Assembly: GCA_964430735.1 (NCBI GenBank)
Contig: CAYSFB010000005.1
Location: 46,390-110,389, forward strand
Origin: an uncultured Planctomycetia bacterium
Lineage (GTDB): Bacteria > Omnitrophota > Gorgyraeia > 2-02-FULL-51-18 > JAGOUK01
Direction of reading: 5' to 3'
DNA: 64,000 bases
The notes below the pieces were generated by a model, which made no database searches, was not told the DNA's origin, and worked only from the letters and a program-made list of their open reading frames with translations. Shown one piece after another: positions 47,149-59,100 of the stretch. The stretch's first letter is position 1, and each line of letters opens with the position of its first letter. A program made the translations under genes and the position numbers.

Positions 47149-50100
47149 ATGAGCGTCCTCAGGACCCGAACCCCCATCCGGATTCGCGCGATTGCGGCTT
47201 TGGCTGCGGCGGCCTTCCTGCTGCAGGACGTCGCGTTCGCCATGCCCGAGCTGGCGGCGCGCGCGGGAGTGCCGCACGTGCCCGCTTCGGCGGCGATGAT
47301 CGAAGACCGTTTTGACGCCGGACATTCCGGCGGCAAGACGGTTTTTTTGATCCAGGACGCTCACACCAACGCTTCAGGCCAGCGGCATATCGCCCGCACG
47401 CTCGAAGCGCTTCACAATCAGACCGGATTCACGCACGTTTTTCTCGAGGCGGGGTCGGGGGATGATTCCATCGGCTTTCTGCGTCCGCTGGCCGGATCGG
47501 CAGATCGCCGGAACGTGGCTGAGCCCTACCTTAACAAGGGCCTTTTGCAGGGGGCCGAGTACTTTGAGCTGGTCACCGACCGGCCCGTCAAGCTCTGGGG
47601 CGTCGAAGATCCGGCGTTGTACGCCCAAGCGCTCGCCGCCTATAGGACAGTTGCCCTCGGGCGTTCGGTGCACGAGGCGCGTATCGGCCGCCTGGATACG
47701 GCGGTGGAAGTGCTCAAACATAAGATTTACAATCCCGCGCTGCTCGAACTGGACCGGATCCTTTTGTCCGACGTGCGGGAGTCCAAGCCCTTCACCGAGC
47801 TTCTCGCGGAGCTGGATCCCTTCCTGAAGCGCGCCTCGCTCGGGTGGGGCGAATTTCCTGAGCTTGCGGCGGTGCACCGGGCGCTGGCGATGGAGCGGAA
47901 GATCGACTTTGACCTTGTCCGCCTCGAGGAAGCGGAGGCGATTCACCGTTTGCCGGAAGCCGACCGCGCCGCAATCGAAGCCGTGCGGTCATCGGCCGGA
48001 CGCATCGCCGGATCCAACCTTGCCGTCCAAGCCTCGCACGCGGCGCTTCTCAAGGAAGCGCTCGCCGCCGCGCCCGGCCCGGCCCGTTCCGTCCCCGCCG
48101 AGCTCCGGAAGTATTTTGAGTACATCGAAGCGACGCAGGCCATTCGGACCGAGCGTGCGGTTCGGGAGCAGGAGCGGCTTACGCAGGCGCTCATCAGCCG
48201 GCTGACGCGTACCCGTGAAGAAGCCGGTCTGGTGCGCGCGGCGTCCGCGCTGGAGGCGTTCCGCGGACTCGGGGCGCTCGAGCTCACTCCGGACCGTTAC
48301 AAGTCGGAATCTGCGAATCCTTATTTTGCGGACGTCGCACGGTTCGAGGGATTTTTAAACGGTCAATGGATGCGGCTGGGGACGGGGTATGAAAAAGTCG
48401 TTTTTTTGGATCCCGCCTTTGAAGACTGGATCGCCGAAGCGAAGCGCTTCTATGATCTGACGCTCGCCCGGGACCGGCAAATGATCCGTGAGGCGTTGTT
48501 GCGCATGGACGAAGCCGGCGAACGGAAGGCCGTCCTTGTGGCCGGCGGATACCACGCGCCCAACCTCAAGCGCCTCCTCCGTGAATCGGGCGTATCCTAC
48601 GTCTCCATCCTTCCTCAGATCACGCATCCGACCGACAAGGCGCGTTATGAGCGCCTGCTCCTGGCCCAAACGCCCGGCCGGCCTGCTGGCTCAGCCCGCG
48701 CCATGAGTCTCAAGCCCTCGCGCGAAGCGAATCCCGCTCTGCTGGAGCAAATCGCGCGCGACCTGGCCTCGCGGCCCGGCGCCAGTCCCGAAGCCCTGCG
48801 GGCCGTGTTGTCCGAGCTTTCCGGCGGCGCGCGGCTGGCCGCATCATCGCAAAGCGTCCGGACGGGAGTAGAGGCGTTTGCCGACTCGATCGTCGACAAG
48901 CTTCGGCGCGACCCGTTGTTTGATTTTGCGGACTTTAGCAGCGAGGCGCAGACGCTTTTCGGCAGCCGCACCGACAGGATTCCCGCGCTCGAGATACTCG
49001 CCCAAAGAATCAACCGCACACTGATGGAAGACCGTTCTCTCATGCCGTTCGAAAAAGCCCGGTTGTATCAGTTCCTTGCCGATCTCTCATTAAATGACCG
49101 GGAGCAGTCAGAGTCAGTGTTCGGCACGGACATTTTTTACGGCGCCTACAAGCGCATGATGGGAACGCGCCGCTATCTGATCGAGCGCAACCGGCAGCTC
49201 CTCGCCGCTTTTCGTTCAGTCATGCTCCCTGTTTTGGAAAAAGTGAAGCGTCCGTCCGGTCCCGTCTACTCGGGCAACAAAGTGACGGCGGAGGTTTCTG
49301 CCCGTTTCGACGCGCTGCACCATGGCGTCGGCAAGGATCTTTTTGTCTACGCGTCGGTTCCCGACGAAAAGTCGGTGCTTAACTTCACCGTCGATCCCGA
49401 CGCCGGCCCGGCCTTCAGGATCGTGGTCCGCCCCTCCGAACGGCGCGGGGTATCGGTCGCGAATTTTCGCTATCAGCATCCGGACCAAAAAGACGCCGCG
49501 CCTGATGTGACGCGTCTCGAGGCTGATGACGCAGATGGAATCAGGGAACTCAAGTCCGATCCTCAGTTCAATCACGTGATGGCCGCCCTGAGCGCTGCCG
49601 GCCTGACCTCCCATCGCGCCGGCGAAGAACAGGTTCTCAGCAGCATCAAGTCGATTTACGGCATGAGTCCCTGGGAAGGCATCGAGATCGAGATTCACAG
49701 CCGGCTCCCCGTGTCGAGCGCACTGGGCGGCGGCACAGGCATGACGTCGGCTCTGATCGCCGCGTTGCTCGAGTACACGGGACGCGGGAAAGCGGTCTCC
49801 AAGGCGGAACTTGCGCTTCTGGGTTCGTATGCGGAGATGCTGTTGGCGGTGGATGATCCTTCGAGCCCGATGGGAGGATGGCAGGATGCCTTGGGGGCGC
49901 TGCTAACATACCTCAATTGGATCACGATCGGTTCGGATCGGCCGTTTACCGAACTTCATGAACAAGCGATCTTCGAAGGAGAAGTCCAAATCCGCCGCGA
50001 GCAGCAACTGATGTCCAGCCTTCTTGCCCGCTCCGTGCCGATCCTTCTGCCTTCGGCCGAAGGGACTGGATCCCAGGATGTTTTGGAAGAACTTGTGAGC

Positions 50101-53100
50101 CTCCATTTGCGCGGCTCCCGACGGTCCCGGGAAGCTGCGGCCGCGGGCCGGGTCCGTATGGAACAAGCCTGGGATTTGATCAGCCGATATCGGTCGGGCG
50201 ACCTAACACTGGAATCTGCCACGGACGGACTGATCCGCCTCATGACCGAAGAGGCCGAAGCCTTCGGGTCGCTCGTCCTTGGTGTGAGACATGAAGGGTT
50301 TGACCGGCTTCTTTCTGAGCTGACTTCCGCACGCGACTTGAAGAATCCGGACGGTACCCCTCTTGTTTCCGGAGGCAAGATCGGAGGAGCCGGAAGCCGC
50401 GGTGTTGCGCTCGTGTTTTTGGCGGCGGGAAATGACCGGGAGTTGAGCGTGCGCCGCCGGCGTGTCCTTGATGCGGCGGAACGCGCCGGAATGAGCAGCT
50501 TCCCGCTGCGGGCCGGCGACGGTCTGCGGCTGAAGTCAGCGCCGGTCCGACGGACCCAAGGCGCCAGACTCACATCGGCCGTCTCGCTGCGCGGCCTTGC
50601 TCCGGAAGTGGAGCTGGAGGTGTTGAAGCACCATCGCGACGAACTCAAAAAGGAGCGCTTCGCTCCGGGAACCGGCAACTTCACCCGCGTGTACCTGTTC
50701 TCCGATATTCACGGGTCGATCGGGAAGATGGATGATTTTATTCTCAAGGCCTTGAAGGACGCGTTTCCGGAAGCGTTTGGAAGTATCGCGCGTTTGGATC
50801 CTTCCATATCGCTTCAGGAGCAGCTGGCGGAACCGGTGCGCCAGGTGGGCGGTTGGAATGTCATTCGGGAAAAAGTCGCCTTCTTAAACGGCGGCGATCT
50901 CATGGACCGCCAGGATATCAATAAGGGCGAGTCGGGGCTGGCCGTTTATGAGCGTACGATCCAGCTGCAGGAGCTCGGGCTTCAGGAATTCACGACCGGC
51001 AATCATGATCACCTGGTCATCATGCCCCTCATGGGACTTCATCTGCCGACATACGAGGGTTATCGCTTTTATTTGGACATGACCGAAGCCGGCAAGGCGG
51101 CCCAGCGGGCACTCGAGCACGAGATTTATCGTGACCCCGCCCGGCCTGATTCCAAGCTGAAGCTGAGGCCCGTCGAAGACGTGGTGCGTGAGCGGAATCG
51201 CGGGTTTGCGAGCGACCGCGACCGCACCGAATTCTGGAGCCAAAAATTCTCGGACTATTACACTGAACGGATCGACCCCGCGTCTCCGCTCGTACGGGAA
51301 TGGAAGCAGATCGGTTCAGAGGTGTTGGGCGATCCGGCCTCCGGCAGCGCGCCGCTCATGTCCAAAGACCAGATCAAGGGGTTGAGCGGCCTTCAGAAGG
51401 TTTTTTGGAACAAGTTCACAGGCAAGAACATGGAAGACGTCGACATCTACACCGGCATCCGGACGATCAAGGTCGGCGACCAGGAAGTCTGTTCCACGGG
51501 CCTTATGTCCGCGATGTGGTGGCGCGAGCTCCGGACCAACTTCCAGCAGCAGCTGGACAAGCCGCTGGATGCAAAAGACGCGATCCGCGATCTCTCGATC
51601 CGGGCTTCGTGGGAAAAGGCCATCCGCTACATGGACCGGATCCTGGAGGGTCTCGAAGCCGACCTCCGCAAGCGCCGCAGCGAGGGGCAATGGTGGGTCC
51701 GGGCGATCGAAGCGTTGTATAACCAAAATTATTACACGGCCGAGCAGGCCGCCTGGGACTGGGTCGTCCACCTCGGCTGGGGCCCGGCGTTGTTCGAAGA
51801 AATCAACCGCCTGATCCGCGCGGGAAAAATCCCCGGACCCGAGATCGACCGGTCCAACTTCCTGCTCAATTCCAAAATCCAGGAAATGAGCCGCAGGATG
51901 CAGGAAATGTTCGCGCTGTATTCGCGCAACCGGTATATGACGTTCCTCCACGCGACCCTCCCCATGGACCGGGCGACTGACAGCGCTCCCGGCGATTCCG
52001 CGCCCATCCTTCCGGGCCAGTTCCGGTTCAGGTACGACGGCGTGACCTATGTCGGCGCCGGGCACGAAGCGAGCGGCAGTCCGTCGGTGTGGGAGGGGAT
52101 GGACCGGCTCGAACGGGCGGTCCGCGAAGCCGACCCGGTTCATATGTCCGATGCGGCAACGGCCTTCAACGCGATTTATGACTGGTATTCGGACTTTAAG
52201 ACCCGCGCCAAGCCGCGGGATGTGCTGGAATTGGTTAACGATGACATCGCTTTCACGAACTTTTTCAACCTCAACGGAATTTACGGGTTTTTGGGGACGG
52301 GCCACAACCCGTTGCCGACCGGTTTTGCCAAATATGTGCGCGAAATGCTCCGACGCTTCGCCGGCGTTCTGACTCAGGCGTTCGGTCCGCGCTTCCGGGA
52401 CTACTGGCTCCAACTTGACGCCGGAGTATCCCTCAAGTTCGGCAACCAGGGGCTCATGATCGCGATTCATCCCGCTGACATTGCCGGCGGCCTGCGCATC
52501 TTCGGTTACACCAAGCCGGACGCGAAAGAATTGACCGAGAACCCCGCCATTTATTACGAAAAAACCTACAAGAACTACAAAGAGCAAAAAAAATCAGATG
52601 CCGAAACACCCGAGCCGAACCCCGCCTTTACGACCGAGCCGGTCGGACACGAGGACTTCCTGCTCGGCCACCTCGGCATCGTCGAGGATCGGATCCGCGT
52701 ACTCGAGAGCCGTCTCAGGTCCCAAGTCGAAGCCGACGGCCCCGGCGGCGCCCGTTTGGCAGAGAACCTCCCGGAATACAAGCGGACGATTTCCCGTCAG
52801 CTCACGGGTGCGATGGGCCAATTGTCCAAACTTGCGCAAGAGCTCGAGAACGTCAAAGCCGAGATCGCCCGCATGAGAGGGTACGAGCCGGATCCGGACG
52901 GACCTGAAGCTCCGGAGGAACCCGGGATGAACAGGGCGATCATCGATTACTTCCTGGGCGGCGATCTCGCGTCCCGGACCGACCGGTTGCAGGATTTTGC
53001 GGATCGGATCGAGTATGTGCGTGAACAGATCTCGGCCGCGAGTATGCCGCTTTTGCTGGACCATCCGAGCCGTGAGGACCTGCTCGGTGCTCTTGCCGAC

Positions 53101-56100
53101 CTTTCGAGCGCATGGAAGACGCTGGCGGACCTTCAGAACTCGCTTGCGGACCGGCAGGCTAGTCTCATGCCCGTTCATCATCCGATTAAATACGCCAGTT
53201 CGAACCTCCGCGTTTCGATCCTCGCAATCATCAGGCATTATTCCGAGCTCGAGCCGGCCGTCGAAGACTTTGTTTATTACCGCGATGTCATGCGGCTGAT
53301 CCGGAAGGGGTCCGGGAATGTCGTCCGGTCCATGAACCTCGCCGAGCGCGCGGGGGATTGGCCCTGGAGCCGGTTCGAATCGGACGAGGAGTTTGAAGCG
53401 TTTTGCGAACAATTCGAAATCCGGTGGGTCACCCTCACAGGCTCTCCCCATCCGTTCGATGCTGTGATTCAGCCGGCGCCGTCCGGCAACGGCATGACCG
53501 ACGCGGTCGATGAATTGTTCTCGATGCAGGGTGAATTCGAGATCGCGATGCGCGAAATGCCGGAATTCAAGGATCAGCCGGTTGCTTCGGATATAGAGTC
53601 CGATCTCCGGCAGATGAGAGAGTGGATCGAGCTCAAGGAGGCCGTCCGGCCCCTTCAGCACCAGCTGAACGCGAAGATGGCCGCCTACTACATCGAGAAG
53701 TCGATGGACTTGATCGATTCCAAGGGTGCCGTCCGCGCTGGAATTTTTAATGTGCTGACGTCGGATCCGCGGTTCGCTGCGGGCGATCGGGACTTCATCC
53801 ATGATGAGCTGCTGTTCGCGCCGGACTCGATCGACGGCAGGAACCTGACGGATTCTGATCTGACGCGCCGTGTTTTGTCCCATCCCGCCCTGGCGTCGGT
53901 AGACCCCCTCCGGGCCAAGGTCGTCTGGCACCTGTTCAAGGCGTGGACTGCCTGGGTTGGCGTCCGCGGTCCCCGGGGAGAGCTGGTCGCGCAGGGCTTC
54001 TGGGACGAGATCGTGGCCCTGGACCGTGTGGATACGATCGCTTCAGTTCCGTGGCTGGCGGTTTACGAAGAACGGATCGCTTGGGCCATCCGGGAGGTGT
54101 CCGGGAACCCCGCCCTGTTTTTGGGGCCTTTGACGGATTCGGAGTACCCATCCGTTGAGGGGCGGGCGGCCGCTGCGATGGATTTGGCGGATCTTCTGAC
54201 GGCGGAGCCGACGTCCGAATCCGAGGGCGAGGGCATGCTCGTGCGCGCGAAGCGGGCGGTCCGGATGCTCCACAGCGCTTTTGGCGCCCGCCTGGCGGCG
54301 GACCGTGTGCGGCCCGGGCAAAGTGAACAGCGTCTGAATCCCGCTCCCAGAGAGTTCCGGATGGCACGCAAGCTTCTCAAGCTCGTCCAAAATTCCGATT
54401 TGGAGGGCATGGATAAATATGTCAAAACCCAGGCGCTCCTGGCGGCGCTTTATGGCGGAGAGGCGATCATCTGGCACAGGAACAAGCAAACAGGGAAATG
54501 GCAGCGCAATATTTTCCGTTTTTCCAACGGACTGTTGTACACGCTTCCGTTTTCGGCCATGGAGACGGTCCGGTCCATGCGTGCCGGTGAAGATGTCCGG
54601 GGCAGCCTCCTGGAGCTTTTAGCGCCCCGCGACCGCGACCGGAACATCTACAACCACTGGAAAGGTTTGGCGGAGCCTGTTCCTGCGGAGGCAGGAGGAT
54701 GGACCGGCAAAGCGACAGAGCAGAATTTGACCGAGTTGATCCTCGAGATTTCGGAGGAGGCGGCAAAATACGGGATCCGTCCGGAGCATTTTGCGACATT
54801 GGCGGTTGATCCGGACTTTCAGAATCCGTTTTTGCACACCTTTATCGGGATTCCCGCTGAATCGCATGTGTTCGAGCAGGGCGCGAGCCGCCTTGAGATG
54901 GCTGCAACAGTCATGCGCCTGTCGCCCGAAGATCGAAGCAAGTTCGTGCGTCTCGAGAACCATTTTGAGCCCGAAATCCTGATTGAGGTGGCTGACGTTC
55001 CGAAGAATGTGACGGTGATCCGCGACCGTCATCAGGTGGGCGATCCCAAGCCCGGCAAAGGCGGCATCCGGTTTATTTCGGCGGGACAGCTCAGTCGGGA
55101 CCGGGACTTCATGGAGCGCTTCGAGAAGCTCAAAGCCTCCGGGTTTAATCTGGATGAACTGCGGTTTTTCCTGCGCAAATGGGTCCGGGAAGAAGTGCGC
55201 GCGCTCGCGATCGGCATGTCGGTCAAAAATGCCGTTGCGGATCTGCCGTTTTCCGGCGCCAAGGGCACGGTTCTGTTTGCGGATGTCGAGCAGTCGCCCA
55301 AGAAGGGTCCCGTGATCCAGGACCTCTTCGCCGGCATGAACGCCTCGGAAGACGGCGGAGTGAGCCCTGCTCAGCGCTACAAGGCCAGCGTGTTGCGCCG
55401 ATTTGTAGACGCCATGTATGACGCGGGGGTTTTGGGTCCTGATGACGATGTGCCGGCTCCCGACCTGGGATCGACTTCCGCCGACATGGATATCATGACC
55501 GATGCGCTTCTGCGCAGATACCTGGGCTTGGGTATCCGCCAGCCTTATGCAGAGACCGTCCATGTTTTGGCCGGGTTGCGTTCCTCCGGCCACTATCCCG
55601 CCGAGCTGCTCGACCGCATCGAAGAAATGGTCCGGAGTCACCGCTCGAATATGGACGCGCTGATGGTTCGTCCGGTTCTGCTCGAAATTGTTGCCGGATA
55701 CCTTAAAGAGGCGATGGCGGCAGGAGTCAAAATCAAGCCGGGAACTCCATTCGGGAACCTGGCGCGCCTGCCGGCGACTTTTACCGCCAAGTCCGAAGCC
55801 AACCTGGGTTCCGGTTATCGCAGCCGTGCCACGGGCGAGGGTGTTCAGGAGATCGCCAAGACGTTTTATATCGAAGATCATCCGGAGAAGTCCGATTCCG
55901 CATCCCCGATGGACGGTGTGACCGTCAAGATCGAAGGAGCCGGAGCAGTCGGGCTTGAGGCCGCGATCGCGGCGGTCCGGGATGGCGCCAAAGTCATCTC
56001 CATGAAGGAAGCCACCGGCACGGCCTTCAAGTCCCGGGGTTTTACCATAGAAGATTTGGAAAAAATGCGGCGAGTACTCCAGCGCAATCAGGACGGCTCT

Positions 56101-59100
56101 GCGGTCCATCCCGAAGGTTTTGCCCTGCTCGACGCCAAGACGGCAGCCGCATCGGAGTTTACGATCGACGGCGCATTCGTCCTTGCGGGGAGCGACGCGC
56201 AGGACGCGTTTTTGACCGAGCCGGCCGTTTTCTTCTACGCCTGCGCGATGGAAAATTCCATCAACGGAACCAATGTCCATGCCCTGAACGCCGACTATAT
56301 TGTCGAGGGGGCGAATGGCGCCATTACGAATGAGGCTTATTGGCACTTGATTGAGCAGGGGCGCACGGTATTGCCGGATTCCCTGGCGAATGCCGGCGGC
56401 GTGACCGGCTCCACGTGGGAGTGGCAGGCCAATCGTGACTTGGTGAGGCATACTGCCGCCAGCGAACGGAAGATGACGCTCGGCCAACTTACTGCCGCGG
56501 CGCTTCGGCTTCGGAAGATCCAAAACCGCTGGATCAACTCGGCCGGAGATCCGCTGGATCTGCGCACGGCGACCATGATCGTGCTGTTGGAGCGCGGATT
56601 CAAAGGAGGTCCGGCCGCAGCCCGTCTCGCGTCCCAGTCCATCCGGACATTCGAACGCGAGGTCGCGTTGGTTAGGGACGGGGTCAAGGCGAATTTGGTG
56701 ATGCAGTTCGCGGTTCCCGACCGCAAAGACCTCGTTCGGCGCGCATCGTTGTCCATCGAGGTCGTACAGGATCCTGGCAGCACCCCGGCGCCGGCGATGC
56801 TTCAGCTGCCGATAGCGGAGCGGCCGGCGATTCTTTTGAGCCGCATCGAAGACTATATTCACGAGTTGTCGCAGTCCCGGGAGCTCTTGGATGATATCGG
56901 CGGCCTGCAGCGTGAAGTGGCCCTCAAGTTCAGCCGGATCGTCACGGCGGATACGATGCGGGATGAGATGCAATTGCTGAATTCCGCCGAGGCAAAAGCG
57001 GCCCGGGCAACGGATGATGAGGATATCAGGTCGGTGATCCGGATCCTTCAAAGCGCCAAGCGCCGGTTCAACGACCCTGAGGACGAAAAATTCCACGGCA
57101 ATTATACGGGGTACATCAACGAAGTCCGCAGGGCCCTGGATCTTCTGGAGCCGATGGGATTCAATCCGCACGGGCCCTTCGGGTCGGATCTGGGAACAGC
57201 CGACGACCCGCTTGAGACGCTCGGCCGCGCCGTTGTGCAGTTTTTGCAAATTGCCGAAGGCGGGGATGCATCCGATGGAGCGCGCCTGGCGATTTGGGAT
57301 CGTTGGTTCGGCGGCGAACGCAATTCCGGCAACCGTCCTTCCAGTCAGAGCGTGATCGAACACAATCTGCAGGCGATCGAGCGTCTCGTCCAGACTGCGG
57401 TCATACCCTCGTTTGACCGGCAGATGAAGCGGCTTTATTGGCGCGGCGAGACTCATCTGATCCCTCTTTCCGCCCCGGCCTTTGAAGGGATCGTCGACGG
57501 TCCGGAAGCCTCCTTCCAGATCCACGCGGTTCATGTCGATGCGGACGGGCGGATTTTGCCTTCCGGTGAAGTCGAAGGATCCGTGCGCACCATCCTCGAT
57601 TTGACCGATCACATGCGTTTACGGGCGCGGTCCAAGAGTCCAAACTTCCTCGCGACGATCCATCAATTCAACCGGTCCGGCTCCAAACCCCTCTACGAGC
57701 GCCTGCGGGTGATGCGTCAGGATTTCCTGCAATCCCGGCGGGGCCGGGAGGTCCGTGATTTGGAAATGACGCGGGGTTCCGGGTGGCTCTTGGGCGAACG
57801 CGCGGCGGTGATCCTCGAAAAGCTGCAGGATGGAGCCGTCCGTATCGGAGTTTATACGGACTCCCGGATGCCCGTTCGGCCGGCCGGATCTGTCGACGAA
57901 GACTCGGATGCGCCGGCCGTCGAATGGGATGCGCACATCCCATTTAACCAAGTCCGCAAAACGGATTTGCGCTCGTACGAATTTGTATGGAAGCGGGCTA
58001 ACGGTTCGGTTCAGTCGGATCCCGAGGCGATCTACCTGAACGACGGGGATGTGCGGTTATGGATCAAGTCCGTCGATCCCGGTCTTGGCGGAATCACTCT
58101 TTCCTATCAGGCGCCGGTGCGATTACGCCAGCGCCGCATTTCTCAGACCGACATCCCGTCCAAGTCCGGCTCGCGGCTGGCCAAGGCCGGGCAATACCGT
58201 GCCCGATATCTGTTTGAGCCGGCGGCTGTCAAACAAGTCCAATCGCCGGTCACAGAACAGAGTCTTTCCCCGACCCGTCCATCCGGCCGATATGAGCGCC
58301 ATCGGTTGCGATCAGCACAGATTCCGAGCGCCCTTCGGACGGTGATCGAAAACGGAGATTTGGAGCGCTTTGGCTCCGGGGTGTTCGCCGCGCAGCCGGC
58401 GGCGTTTGAATCGGATACCGACTTTGCGATGTTGTTGGACGAAAAGGATCCGGTGATCATCCGGGCGTCCTATGATTCTTCGGCGGACATCCTGAGTCTA
58501 TGGGCCTTGACCTCCGATGAAAACCCGATCCTGCTGCACCAAATCCGGAATCCGCGCAGGGCTTTTGTGGAGGATGCCCGCCGATCTGCCGCCGTCAGTC
58601 TGTCGATGTCGGATGTTCAAATGACCATCGAGGCGTTGCATGCGAGCCTTGACGCCCTGATGCCCGTCAGCCGGTCCGAAGATGCGGCCGCGCCCGCCAA
58701 GGTTCGCAACCGCATTCTAGAATACACGCTCGATTCGTGGTTCGACCCCGAGCATCCGGAAGACTTCGATGTCGTGGTGCCGCTGCTGGTGCAGGAAGCG
58801 TTGAGCGCCCGCCGGGCGCTCGAGAATCAGGTCGCCTTCACTCTCAAGGGCCGGGAAGATCTGGCAGTCCGTGTCCTGGCCGCGGCGTCCGCCGCAGGGG
58901 CCGGGGATCTCTTTTATTCCTCCGAGGAGGATCTCAAGCGCCGTCTGCCCGGATTCGATTCGGATGATGTCGTCACGGTCCGGGTCCAAAGTTCGGATGA
59001 TCCCAGGCCGGCCGCTCCTGTAAACGGGGAAGCGGCGGATGTGCGCACCATTGCGGTCCAGCCCTTGCGTCGGTCCCAAGACAACCGGATCGGTGTGCCG

